Source: Eledone cirrhosa
Taxonomy: Eukaryota
DNA length: 64,000 nt
Assembly (NCBI GenBank): GCA_964016885.1
Contig: OZ024740.1
Location: forward strand, 211,978,001-212,042,000
Reading direction: 5' to 3'
Under the pieces are notes generated by a model. The model ran no database searches. It had not been told where the DNA came from and saw only the letters and a list, made by a program, of their open reading frames with translations. This document shows, one piece after another, positions 1 to 11,200 of the stretch; position 1 is the stretch's first letter, and each line of letters opens with the position of its first letter. Both the position numbers and the translations under genes were made by a program.

Positions 1-1
1 T

Positions 2-250
2 GATTTGTTATGTCTTCATTATGTTTATCGAGCAGTGACACGCGTTTCGCTATTAATCAGCTCAAGGTCGATCTGTATCGATCTAACCCGCCTCTGGAGT
101 CAAAATCTCGTTGGACCACAGCAGAGGTCTGGCGAGCTTCTTGCTCCACAAGAGTCGGGTTAGATCGATACAGATCGAACCTTGGGCTAATTAATAGCGA
201 AACGCATGTCACTGCTCGATAAACACAATGAAGACATAACAAATCCTCCT
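2..250. mobile_element. Fold-back/MITE-like element with ~90-bp inverted arms, next to an (ATT)n tract
   Basis: GATTTGTTATGTCTTCATT...GATCTAACCCG is matched by CGGGTTAGATC...AATGAAGACATAACAAATC. Confidence 0.75.
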
Positions 251-329
251 TATTATTATTATTATTATTATTGTTATTTCCTTTATTATTTTTATTGCGC
301 TTCATTACTGCTTTTCCGAGCAAACTTCT

Positions 330-830
330 GTGCGCCTTGGGTATGTGCAGTGTAGTTTTTGCTGATGTTGTTTCTATTGTATTGATAGTACTTTACGAAA
401 TATGTGTGGAGTGCCTAGTAGCGCTATCTTTTGTATGCTGTATATATTTGTAAGTCCTGGAGTTTTGGCTATGTATTTGTCTGTGTGTTTTTAATCATTC
501 CTAGAGCACCTATTATTATAGGTATTGTATCTGTTTTCATTTTCCACTTTCGAGTTATTTCTATCGCTAGATCTTTATATTTGGAGAGTTTCTCTATTTT
601 CTTGGAAGATATATTGTCGTCTGTGGGGATAGATACATCTATTAAAAGGCATTTTTTTTCTTTGTGGTCTTTGACTATAATACCTGGTCGGTTGGTCTTG
701 ACCTCTCTGTCTGTATGTATTGGCATATCTCAGAGAATGGTTGCTTTGTCATTCTCTGACACTTTTTCTGGTATGTGTTTGTACCATCTTTTTTATGTTG
801 GTATTTCATAATGCTGGCATAATTTCCAGT
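330..830 (-). mobile_element. R4/Dong-like (RLE) non-LTR retrotransposon 3' fragment
   Basis: NRPGIIVKDHKEKKCLLIDVSIP...KIEKLSKYKDL...PIIIGALG is a degenerate PD-(D/E)xK restriction-like endonuclease C-terminus. Confidence 0.8.
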
Positions 831-1479
831 GTATGAAGGTTCCAACTCTATCATGCCTGCGGATATATCTTTTGTTTACTTCGACTCAACCGTGAATATA
901 ATTATATGTAGTAGAGATACCGCCTTAACAAAGATTTATATAAGACATATATACAATCTGAGCCTCAACAGCATCAAACAACCAGAACTAGACATTAACC
1001 CCCAACACTTAAATTAACAAGTAAGACGTATTATTAAAAGTTAATTGGTTTATATAACTAAATCGTCTGATTCAGCGGAAGCTAGCGGTGGATAGACACC
1101 TATTGAAACTAGTGGTAGCAGCTAGGAACATATAGGTGTTCCCAGTACCAGTAGAAGATTACCTGACACTATAACATCAAAGCCAACAGTGATAAATAGA
1201 GAGATAATGCGATTGCTGAAGCTATAGGCAACCGACTACAGACTTCTCTCAACACATTATTGGAAATACAAACCTATTTGGGAGGATATGTTTCAGTAGG
1301 TTGAAAACCTTAATTAGAGTTACAGGCCATGCAACATCAATATAAGAAAAGAACCCTCCAAACTAGAACTAATAGCAGGTAATTATCTAACTGGATATGT
1401 GAACCAATAAATCTTTTGATAATTGTGTCTGCTATTACATTGTTAACTTATCAGAAGGAACCGAAGCCACACAATCAAG

Positions 1480-2890
1480 ATACATGGGCACACAGCTTAA
1501 AAACAGCATTTTCTCCTTTCAAAGACATATCTCACTGATATTAGAAATTATGAAATTTGATGTGGACAACAATTTCACACAACACAAGAAAAGTTTAAGA
1601 GAGAAATCAGAAAGGGGATTTAGAGATAAAGGATTAAAAAAAACCAACTGAACACGCAGCTGCAACAGAAACACTAATCTACAGCATATAAACAGCAAAT
1701 ACTGAATCGACTATTTGCCAGGGATGTCAAATCGATCTCTTATAGCTTCACTGTAGTGTGGCTGGACTAACAGAAGACCTTCATTAATATACTTCATTGG
1801 TTGAGTGAAAAGGCTTCATAGTTAGTCACACAACCACTTGTAGCTGTTATCCAATGTCTGGCCAAGTCATGCTACATCCCATTTTGAGATGATAGGAAGC
1901 AAAGTGAAGCTGATATTATACACCACCAACACACATCTTGCAGAGCGATAGAATGTCAGTGCAGATCATTATTGTTCTCATTAAACCCATTAACATACCT
2001 GCTTACAAAAAATTAGAAATATTTCTCATCTTTTCTTTGTTAATGACCTGAAGTTGTATGGGCCAAACATCTTACAAACCATAGAGAAAATTGGCGCTCA
2101 TTTGCCAACTTTCTACAGGCTGATGTTTAATGATTCCAAATGTGCATTATTGGTGATGAAACATAGAAAGGTTGTAACTCTCCCCGAAAAACTAAACATG
2201 AACGGCTTGACAATACAATCTTTACATTGACGTGTCAACTACAGGTATCTTAGACAAGATGGGAATGTCAGATATGATGGACCTCTATATAAGGAGAGTG
2301 CTAAGAATAAATACCTCAGGAGAGGTATCGTAATGCAAACATTTGGGCTTCTCAACTGGTCACTGTAAGAACTTAACTAGGAATGAACACGAATGCGCAA
2401 GCAGCTCATTGTTACTGGAAATGTCAACATCAATTGGGATGTGGACAGACAATAACTCCCATGCTAGGAATGTGGGCAGGATCTAAAATCCATATCAACA
2501 TTGTATGAGGTCTGAATACTAACACTAAAACAATATCTTCAACAGAAGAAAAAAGTCAGCAACTATCTCATCCAGTTTTATAAACACGAAAATAACAATA
2601 TTGTTAGAATATCCATTGAACATGAGAAGAAACATGAAATAAAAGCTGTCACAAATCTCTCTCCCAAGATCATTGGAAATCTTTTCTCAATGCTTGAAGA
2701 AAATAAAAAGTTAGATTGAAAATGTTGTACATGGGTACTTAAGATGGGAAATGCAGGCCATAGAGGTGGTAAATCACACTAAATAACTTACATGGAATTC
2801 CGACAAGTTCTTAACATTGCTCATTGAAGGAAACCTCTATGTAATCCAAGAACAAGAAATGACTACCATGTACCAACTGAACAAAAGCGG
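1480..2890 (+). mobile_element. Highly degenerate R4/Dong-like LINE RT remnant
   Basis: Broken frames give HLFFVNDLKLY (~2027), YRYLRQDG (~2240) and EGNLYVIQEQEMTT (~2826), matching better-preserved copies at 25-27 kb. Confidence 0.6.
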
Positions 2891-3584
2891 AAAATTATCA
2901 GCTCCTTAATTCATAAGCTATGATATTTGGAACTTTCAAAATATGTAAAATATTCTTAAAATTTAAAGGATGAATAATTGAATATAAGGCGACGAGATAT
3001 TCGTCTTCTTTAAAAACGTACCACCGGGGAGCCGGAGAGATTTCCAATCAAAATAAACTTGAATTGAAGAAAAATAGTCAAACGACATGTATGTCTTTAT
3101 GATGTTTTATACTATTTTATGGTAATTGGTATGTCCATTAATATTTTTGTAAATTGTTTCATATATCATCATCATTATCATCATTATCATAATTTTTACG
3201 TCAACTTTTCCATGCTGGGAGTTTTTGATATAAAGTTGTACAGGAAAATGTCCTTCATGAAGCCAACTCTTTTAGTCGGCTTTTACGACATACGGGGATT
3301 CAATTTGTCTATTTTATAAATTAAGACATATATGGGAATCTTGGATTTAATTTATTAGGTCATACATTTTGATACAGATCAGATATATTTGCTAAAAAAA
3401 TTTATTTGTTTAATTAATGCGAAATGATTTACTTTATCTCATGATTTTTTTGCTAGTCATTTCTTTGTTTTCTAAATATATTTTGTCATTCCTATGGTAT
3501 GAAATACGACACTCTAAAATATTTCGCATTATATTTTCATTATATCATCTCTTAATGTAATTTTCTATATTATTTATTTTACAG

Positions 3585-4484
3585 GATCATATGATGACAT
3601 TAATAGATAACTTGAATATAGCAATCACTTCAATAAAAAAAAACATTCTCCCTTTTGAAAAAGATCTTCCAAAAAACACCATAAACCTTTCCAAAGAAAT
3701 CACAATACTGACTGCATATTTTAATATAGGAACCTTTGGAAAGGGAAGTCCTGGAAATAAGCGTGGTCCCAGCATGTATTACAAATGGATGTCTGTATTT
3801 GCTAACATCACTAATAATTTAATTGTTTATACTGATGATGAAACTACATATAAATCATTTCAAAAGATGAGGAGCAGATTTTCCAAAGAACAAACCAAGT
3901 TATTTCTGATAGATACGAAAAAATTGTGGACATTTCAGATAAAAAAAAATATTTCTGATATATTTAGTCAACCTGGTTACCCAAAACATCATCCCAATAC
4001 AGTTTTGCCAGAATACGCTTGTGCTATGCATGCAAAATTTGAGTTACTTAACCGAATTATAAGAAAGAACTATTTTCATACGAAATACTTTATGTGGTTA
4101 GATATGGGATATTTCAGATCACCCCATTATAGTTCCGAAATGAGACTTGCAATACCTAAAGATTTTAATGATTCTAGCGTTGCATATAGCCAAGTAGGTA
4201 GTTTTAATAAGAATATAACCTATAAAAATATTGTTTATAGCAATGTGGTGTGGTTGGCAGGTGGCTGTAACCTTGGCAAATATGATGTTTTGTACAAATT
4301 TACTCAAGAGTATTTAAACTTTGTTAAGAAAGCTTTGTCCTTGAAGCTTATAAGTACAGATCAGCAAATCATATATGGAATGTATGTTGACAAAGAAAAA
4401 CCCAAAACACAGCTTCAACTTTATAAATCAGGTTGGTTTAAATTAGGTACTGTATGTTATGAAGCTGGGAAGAAATCAACATAA
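3585..4484 (+). CDS. HtrL/YibB-family (WlaTC/HtrL glycosyltransferase-like) protein, long probable terminal exon, copy 1
   Basis: Intact 297-aa frame with TILTAYFNIG, LIVYTD, PEYACAMHAKFELL, FHTKYFMWLDMGYFR, WLAGG and STDQQIIY motifs typical of the family; in-frame acceptor TTATTTATTTTACAG| ends at 3584. Confidence 0.8.
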   Translation, partial: DHMMTLIDNLNIAITSIKKNILPFEKDLPKNTINLSKEITILTAYFNIGTFGKGSPGNKRGPSMYYKWMSVFANITNNLIVYTDDETTYKSFQKMRSRFSKEQTKLFLIDTKKLWTFQIKKNISDIFSQPGYPKHHPNTVLPEYACAMHAKFELLNRIIRKNYFHTKYFMWLDMGYFRSPHYSSEMRLAIPKDFNDSSVAYSQVGSFNKNITYKNIVYSNVVWLAGGCNLGKYDVLYKFTQEYLNFVKKALSLKLISTDQQIIYGMYVDKEKPKTQLQLYKSGWFKLGTVCYEAGKKST

Positions 4485-4812
4485 TTGATATGTGTGTACA
4501 GTATTAAAGACTTGTATAAAAGTGTATTGATATATCATCATCTTATTAAGACATATTAACTTCCCTGTAATTCCCTGGATCAGATGATTCTTTATGTCCT
4601 TAACATTTACTTCCTTCATTTTCAATTAAGAGAACCAACCACAAAATGAATTTAAAGGTCGTCAATTCATAAAATCACGTGTCTTTGCAGTATGATGCAT
4701 AACAAAATGAAATACTTTTTATGAAATACTAATTATATTTTGAAAGAATGGGTTGTCTATACATATTTACAAGTTCTCAATGATCCTCTTCATATTTTCA
4801 TTAAATAGCAAA

Positions 4813-5096
4813 ATAATTGTTTCTACCTTTGGCACAAGACCAGCAATTACCCAGTACATTACTGGTACTTTATTTTATAGACCCCGTAAGGATGAAAGGC
4901 GAAGTTAACCTAGGTGGGATTTGACCTCAGACCATAAAGGGCCGTAACACTTTGCTGCAAAGCATGGCGTCCGACTCTCTACCGATACTGCCAATCCACC
5001 GCCCTATATAATTGTTTCTACTTTTGGCACAAGGCCAGCAAATTAACCAGTACATTACTGGTACTTTATTTTATCGACCCCGTAAGGATGAAAGGC
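4813..5096 (-). mobile_element. tRNA-derived SINE (4813-5004) plus a partial second copy
   Basis: On the minus strand: GGCGGTGGATTGGCAGTATCGGTAGAG (A-box-like), GGTCAAATCC (B-box-like), GCCTTTCATCCTTACGGGGTCGATAAAATAAAGTACCAG core and a CTTGTGCCAAAAGTAGAAACAATT-type tail; many copies in the window. Confidence 0.88.
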
Positions 5097-5212
5097 ATGA
5101 TAAAAATTGCAATAAAGACCAAAATACTATGATACTCCAATTAAAATAAAAACGCTTTTTCCTGTTATGTTTGTCTACAACATAGAACTTATAATCACAT
5201 TGCTTCTGTGTG

Positions 5213-8200
5213 ATGGGCGTGGCATGTGTTGTGGTGCCGTGTTAGCCCACATGGGCGTGGCATGTGTTGTGGTGCCGTGTTAGCCCACATGGGCGTGGAA
5301 TGTGTTGTGGTGCCGTGTTAGCCCACATGGGCGTGGCATGTGTTGTGGTGCCGTGTTAGCCCACATGGGCGTGGAATGTGTTGTGGTGCCGTGTTAGCCC
5401 ACATGGGCGTGCCATGTGTTGTGGTGCCGTGTTAGCCCACATGGGCGTGCCATGTTTTGTGGTGCCGTGTTAGCCCACATGGGCGTGGCATGTGTTGTGG
5501 TGCCGTGTTAGCCCACATGGGCGTGCCATGTGTTGTGGTGCCGTGTTAGCCCACATGGGCGTGGAATGTGTTGTGGTGCCGTGTTAGCCCACATGGGCGT
5601 GGAATGTGTTGTGGTGCCGTGTTAGCCCACATGGGCGTGCCATGTTTTGTGGTGCCGTGTTAGCCCACATGGGCGTGGCATGTGTTGTGGTGCCGTGTTA
5701 GCCCACATGGGCGTGGCATGTGTTGTGGTGCCGTGTTAGCCCACGTGGGCGTGCCATGTTTTGTGGTGCCGTGTTAGCCCACACGGGCGTGCCATGTTTT
5801 GTGGTGCCGTGTTAGCCCACATGGGCGTGGCATGTGTTGTGGTGCCGTGTTAACCCACATGGGAGTGGCATGTGTTGTGGTGTCGTGTTAGCCCACATGG
5901 GCGTGGCATGTGTTGTGGTGCCGTGTTAGCGCACATGGACGTGCCATGTTTTGTGGTGTCGTGTTAGCCCACATGGGCGTGCCATGTTTTGTGGTGCCGT
6001 GTTAGCCCACATGGGCGTGGCATGTGTTGTGTTGCCGTGTTAGCCCACATGGGCGTGCCATGTTTTGTGGTGCCGTGTTAGCCCCCATGGGCGTGGCATG
6101 TGTTGTGGTGCCGTGTTAGCCCACATGGGCGTGGCATGTGTTGTCGTGCCGTGTTAGCCCACATGGGCGTGCCATGTTTTGTGGTGCCGTGTTAGCCCAC
6201 ATGGGCGTGGCATGTTTTGTGGTGCCGTGTTAGCCCACATGGGCGTGGCATGTGTTGTGGTGCCGTGTTAGCCCACATGGGCGTGGAATGTTTTGTGGTG
6301 CCGTGTTAGCCCACATGGGCGTGGCATGTTTTGTGGTGCCATGTTAGCCCACATGGGGGTAGCATGTGTTGTGGTGTCGTGTTAGCCCACATGGTCGTGC
6401 CATGTTTTGTAGTGCCGTGTTAGCCCACATGGGCGTAGCATGTTTTGTGGTGCCGTGTTAGCGCACATCGGCGTGCCATGTTTTGTGGTGTCGTGTTAGC
6501 CCACATGGGCGTGCCTTGTTTTGTGGTGCCGTGTTAGCCCACATGGGCGTGGAATGTGTTGTGTTGTCGTGTTAGCCCACATGGGCGTGGCATGTTTTGT
6601 GGTGCCGTGTTAGCCCACATGGGCGTGGCATGTTTTGTGGTGCCGTGTTAGCCCACATGGGCGTGGCATGTTTTGTGGTGCCGTGTTAGCGCACATGGGC
6701 GTGCCATGTTTTGTGGTGTCGTGTTAGCCCACATGGGCGTGCCATGTTTTGTTGTGCCGTGTTAGCCCACATGGGCGTGCCATGTTTTGTGGTGCCGTGT
6801 TAGCCCACATGGGCGTGGCATGTGTTGTGGTGCCGTGTTAGCCCACATGGGCGTGCCATGTTTTGTGGTGCCGTGTTAGCCCACATGGGCGTGGCATGTG
6901 TTGTGGTGCCGTGTTAGCCCACATGGGCGTGCCATGTTTTGTGGTGCCGTGTTAGCCCACACGGGCGTGCCATGTTTTGTGGTGCCGTGTTAGCCCACAT
7001 GGGCGTGGCATGTGTTGTGGTGCCGTGTTAACCCACATGGGAGTGGCATGTGTTGTGGTGCCGTGTTAGTCCACATGGGCGTGGCATGTGTTGTGGTGCC
7101 GTGTTAGCCCACTTGGGCGTGGCATGTGTTGTGGTGCCGTGTTAGCCCACATGGGCGTGGCATGTGTTGTGGTGCCGTGTTAGCCCACATGGGCGTGGCA
7201 TGTGTTGTTGTGCCGTGTTAGCCCACATGGGCGTGGCATGTTTTGTGGTGCCGTGTTAGCCCACATGGGCGTGCCATGTGTTGTGGTGCCGTGTTAGCCC
7301 ACATGGGCGTGGCATGTGTTGTGGTGCCGTGTTAGCCCACATGGGCGTGTCATTTGTTGTGGTGCCGTGTTAGCCCACATGGGCGTGGCATGTGTTGTGG
7401 TGCCGTCTAAGCCCACATGGGCGTGCTATATTTTGTGCTGCCGTGTTAGACCACATGGGCGTGGCATGTTTTGTGGTGCCGTGTTAGCCCACATGGGCGT
7501 AGCATGTGTTGTGGTGCCGTGTTAGCCCAGATGGGCGTGGCATGTTTTGTGGTGCCGTGTTAGCCCATATGGGCGTGGCATGTGTTGTGGTGACGTGTTA
7601 GCCCACATGGGCGTGGCATGTGTTGTCGTGCCGTGTTAGCCCACATGGGCGTGCCATGTTTTGTGGTGCCGTGTTAGCCCACATGGGCGTGGCATGTGTT
7701 GTGGTGCCGTGTTAGCCCACATGGGCGGGGAATGTTTTGTGGTGCCGTGTTAGCCCACATGGGCGTGGCATGTTTTGTGGTGCCATGTTAGCCCACATGG
7801 GGGTAGCATGTGTTGTGGTGTCGTGTTAGCCCACATGGTCGTGCCATGTTTTGTAGTGCCGTGTTAGCCCACATGGGCGTAGCATGTTTTGTGGTGCCGT
7901 GTTAGCGCACATGGGCGTGCCATGTTTTGTGGTGTCGTGTTAGCCCACATGGGCGTGCCTTGTTTTGTGGTGCCGTGTTAGCCCACATGGGCGTGGAATG
8001 TGTTGTGTTGCCGTGTTAGCCCACATGGGCGTGCCATGTTTTGTGGTGCCGTGTTAGCCCACATGGGCATGCCATGTTTTGTGGTGTCGTGTTAGCCCAC
8101 ATGGGCGTGGCATGTTTTGTGGTGCCGTGTTAGCCCACATGGGCGTGGCATGTTTTGTGGTGCCGTGTTAGCCCACATGGGCGTAGCATGGGTTGTGGTG

Positions 8201-11200
8201 CCGTGTTAGCCCACATGGGCGTGCCATGATTTGTAGTGCCGTGTTAGCCCATATGGGCGTGGCATGTTTTGTGGTACCGTGTTAGCTCATATGGGCGTGG
8301 CATGTTTTGTGGTGCCGTGTTAGCCCACATGGGCGTAGCATGTGTTGTGGTGCCGAGTTAGCCCACATGGGCGTGCCATGTTTTGTAGTGTCGTGTTAGC
8401 CCACATGGGCGTGGCATGTTTTGCGGTGCCGTGTTAGCGCACATGGGCGTGCCATGTTTTGTGGTGTCGTGTTAGCCCACATGGGCGTGCCATGTTTTGT
8501 GGTGCCGTGTTAGCCCACATGGGCGTGGCATGTGTTGTCGTGCCGTGTTAGCCCACATGGGCGTGCCATGTTTCGTGGTGCCGTGTTAGCCCACATGGGC
8601 GTGCCATGTTTTGTGGTGCCGTGTTAGCCCACATGGGCGTGGCATGTGTTGTGGTGCCGTGTTAGTCCAGATGGACGTAGCATGTGTTATGGTGCCGTGT
8701 TAGCCCACATGGGCGTGCCATGTTTTGTAGTGCCGTGTTAGCCCATATGGGCGTGGCATGTTTTGTGGTGACGTGTTAGCGCACATGGGCGTGCCATGTT
8801 TTGTGGTGTGTGTTAGCCCACATGGGCGTGGCATGTTTTGTGGTGCCGTGTTAGCCCACATGGGCGTGGCATGTGTTGTCGTGACGTGTTAGTCCACATG
8901 GGCGTGCCATGTTTTCTGGTGCCGTGTTAGCCCATATGGGCGTGCCATGTTTTTTGGTGCCGTGTTAGCCCACATGGGCATGGCATGTGTTGTGGTGCCG
9001 TGTTAGCCCAGATGGGCGTGGCATGTTTTGTGGTGCCGTGTTAGCCCACATGGGCGTGGCATGTTTTGTGGTGCCGTGTTAGCCCACATGGGCGTAGCAT
9101 GTGTTGTGGTGCCGTGTTAGCCCACATGGGCGTGCCATGATTTGTAGTGCCGTGTTAGCCCACATGGGCGTGGCATGTTTTGTGGTACCGTGTTAGCTCA
9201 TATGGGCGTGGCATGTTTTGTGGTGCCGTGTTAGCCCACATGGGCGTGGCATGTGTTGTGGTGCCGTGTTAGCCCAGATGGGCGTGGCATGTTTTGTAGT
9301 GCCGTGTTAGCCCACATGGGCGTGACATGTGTTGTGGTGCCGTGTTAGCCCACATGGACGTGGGATGTGTTGTGGTGCCGTGTTAGACCACATGGGCGTG
9401 GCATGTGTTGTGGTGCCGTGTTAGCCCACAAGGGCGTGGCATGTTTTGTAGCGCCGTGTTAGCCCACATAGGCGTGGCATGTGTCGTGGTGCCGTGTTAG
9501 CCCACATGGGCGTGGCATGTGTTGTGGTGCCGTGTTAGCCCAGATGGGCGTGGCATGTTTTGTGGTGCCGTGTTAGCGCACATGGGCGTGCCATGTTTTG
9601 TGGTGCCGTGTTAGCCCACATGGGCGTGGCATGTTTTGTGGTGCCGCGTTAGCCCTCATGGGCGTAGCATGTGTTGTGGTGCCGTGTTAGCCCACATGGG
9701 CGTGCCATGTTTTGTGGTGCCGTGTTAGCCCACATGGGCGTGGCATGTGTTGTGGTGCCGTGTTAGCCCACATGGGCGTGGCATGTGTTGTTGTGCCGTG
9801 TTAGCCCACATGGGCGTGGCATGTTTTGTGGTACCGTGTTAGCCCACATGGGCGTGCCATGTGTTGTGGTGCCGTGTTAGCCCACATGGGCGTGGCATGT
9901 GTTGTGGTGGCGTGTTAGCCCACATGGGCGTGTCATTTGTTGTGGTGCCGTGTTAGCCCACATGGGCGTGGCATGTGTTGTGGTGACGTGTTAGCGCACA
10001 TGGGTGTACCATGTTTTGTGGTGCCGTGTTAGCCCACATGGGCGTGCCATGTTTTGTGGTGCCGTGTTAGCCAACATGGGCGTAGCATGTGTTGTGGTGC
10101 CGTGTTAGCCCACAAGGGCGTGGCATGTTTTGTAGCGCCGTGTTAGCCCACATAGGCGTGGCATGTGTCGTGGTGCCGTGTTAGCCCACATGGGCGTGGC
10201 ATGTGTTGTGGTGCCGTGTTAGCCCAGATGGGCGTGGCATGTTTTGTGGTGCCGTGTTAGCGCACATGGGCGTGCCATGTTTTGTGGTGCCGTGTTAGCC
10301 CATATGGGCGTGGCATGTTTTGTGGTGCCGCGTTAGCCCTCATGGGCGTAGCATGTGTTGTGGTGCCGTGTTAGCCCACATGGGCGTGCCATGTTTTGTG
10401 GTGCCGTGTTAGCCCACATGGGCGTGGCATGTTTTGTGGTGCCGTGTTAGCGCACATGGGCGTGCCATGTTTTGTGGTGTCGTGTTAGCCCAAATGGGCG
10501 TGCCATGTTTTGTGGTGCCGTGTTAGCCCACACGGGCGTGGCATGTTTTGTGGTGCCGTGTTAGCCCACATGGGCGTGCCATGTTTTGTGGTGCCGTGTT
10601 AGCCCACATGGGCGTGGCATGTTTTGTGGTGCCGTGTTAGCCCACAAGGGCGTGGCATGTTTTGTGGTGCCGTGTTAGCCCACATGGGCGTGCCATGTTT
10701 TGTGGTGCCGTGTTAGCCCAAATGGGCGTGCCATGTTTTGTGGTGCCGTGTTAACCCACATGGGAGTGGCATGTGTTGTGGTGCCGTGTTAGCCCACATG
10801 GGCGTGGCATGTGTTGTGGTGCCGTGTTAGCCCACATGGGCGTGCCATGTTTTGTGGTGCCGTGTTAGCCCACATGGGCGTGGCATGTGTTGTGGTGCCG
10901 TGTTAGCCCACTTGGGCGTGGCATGTGTTGTGGTGCCGTGTTAGCCCACATGGGCGTGGCATGTGTTGTGGTGCCGTGTTAGCCCACATGGGCGTGCCAT
11001 GTTTTGTGGTGCCGTGTTAGCCCACATGGGCGTGGCGTGTGTTGTGGTGCCGTGTTAGCCCACATGGGCGTGCCATGTTTTGTGGTGCCGTGTTAGCCCA
11101 CATGGGCGTGGCATGTGTTGTGGTGCCGTGTTAGCCCACATGGGCGTGCCATGTTTTGTGGTGCCGTGTTAGCCCAAACGGGCGTGCCATGTTTTGTGGT

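Larger units (their letters stand above)
1..5212. repeat. Left arm of large inverted segmental duplication (partner 34435-39616)
   Basis: Reverse complement of 34435-39616; the ORF track mirrors almost exactly (e.g. 3591-4484+ vs 35163-36050-, 829-1017+ vs 38624-38812-). The arm runs off the window start. Confidence 0.97.

Noticed and set aside
30-225. Functional hammerhead in the terminal fold-back element
   Set aside because: The GAAAC...TC half is present, but there is no CUGANGA core in register with stems I and II.
4813-5004. tRNA genes
   Set aside because: A/B-box-like heads continue into a SINE core and tail; no convincing cloverleaf.
7316-7525. ORFs inside the satellite (also 14434-14634 and 32011-32217)
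   Set aside because: They arise only where a point change removes the recurring TAG; the 38-bp unit is not a multiple of three.
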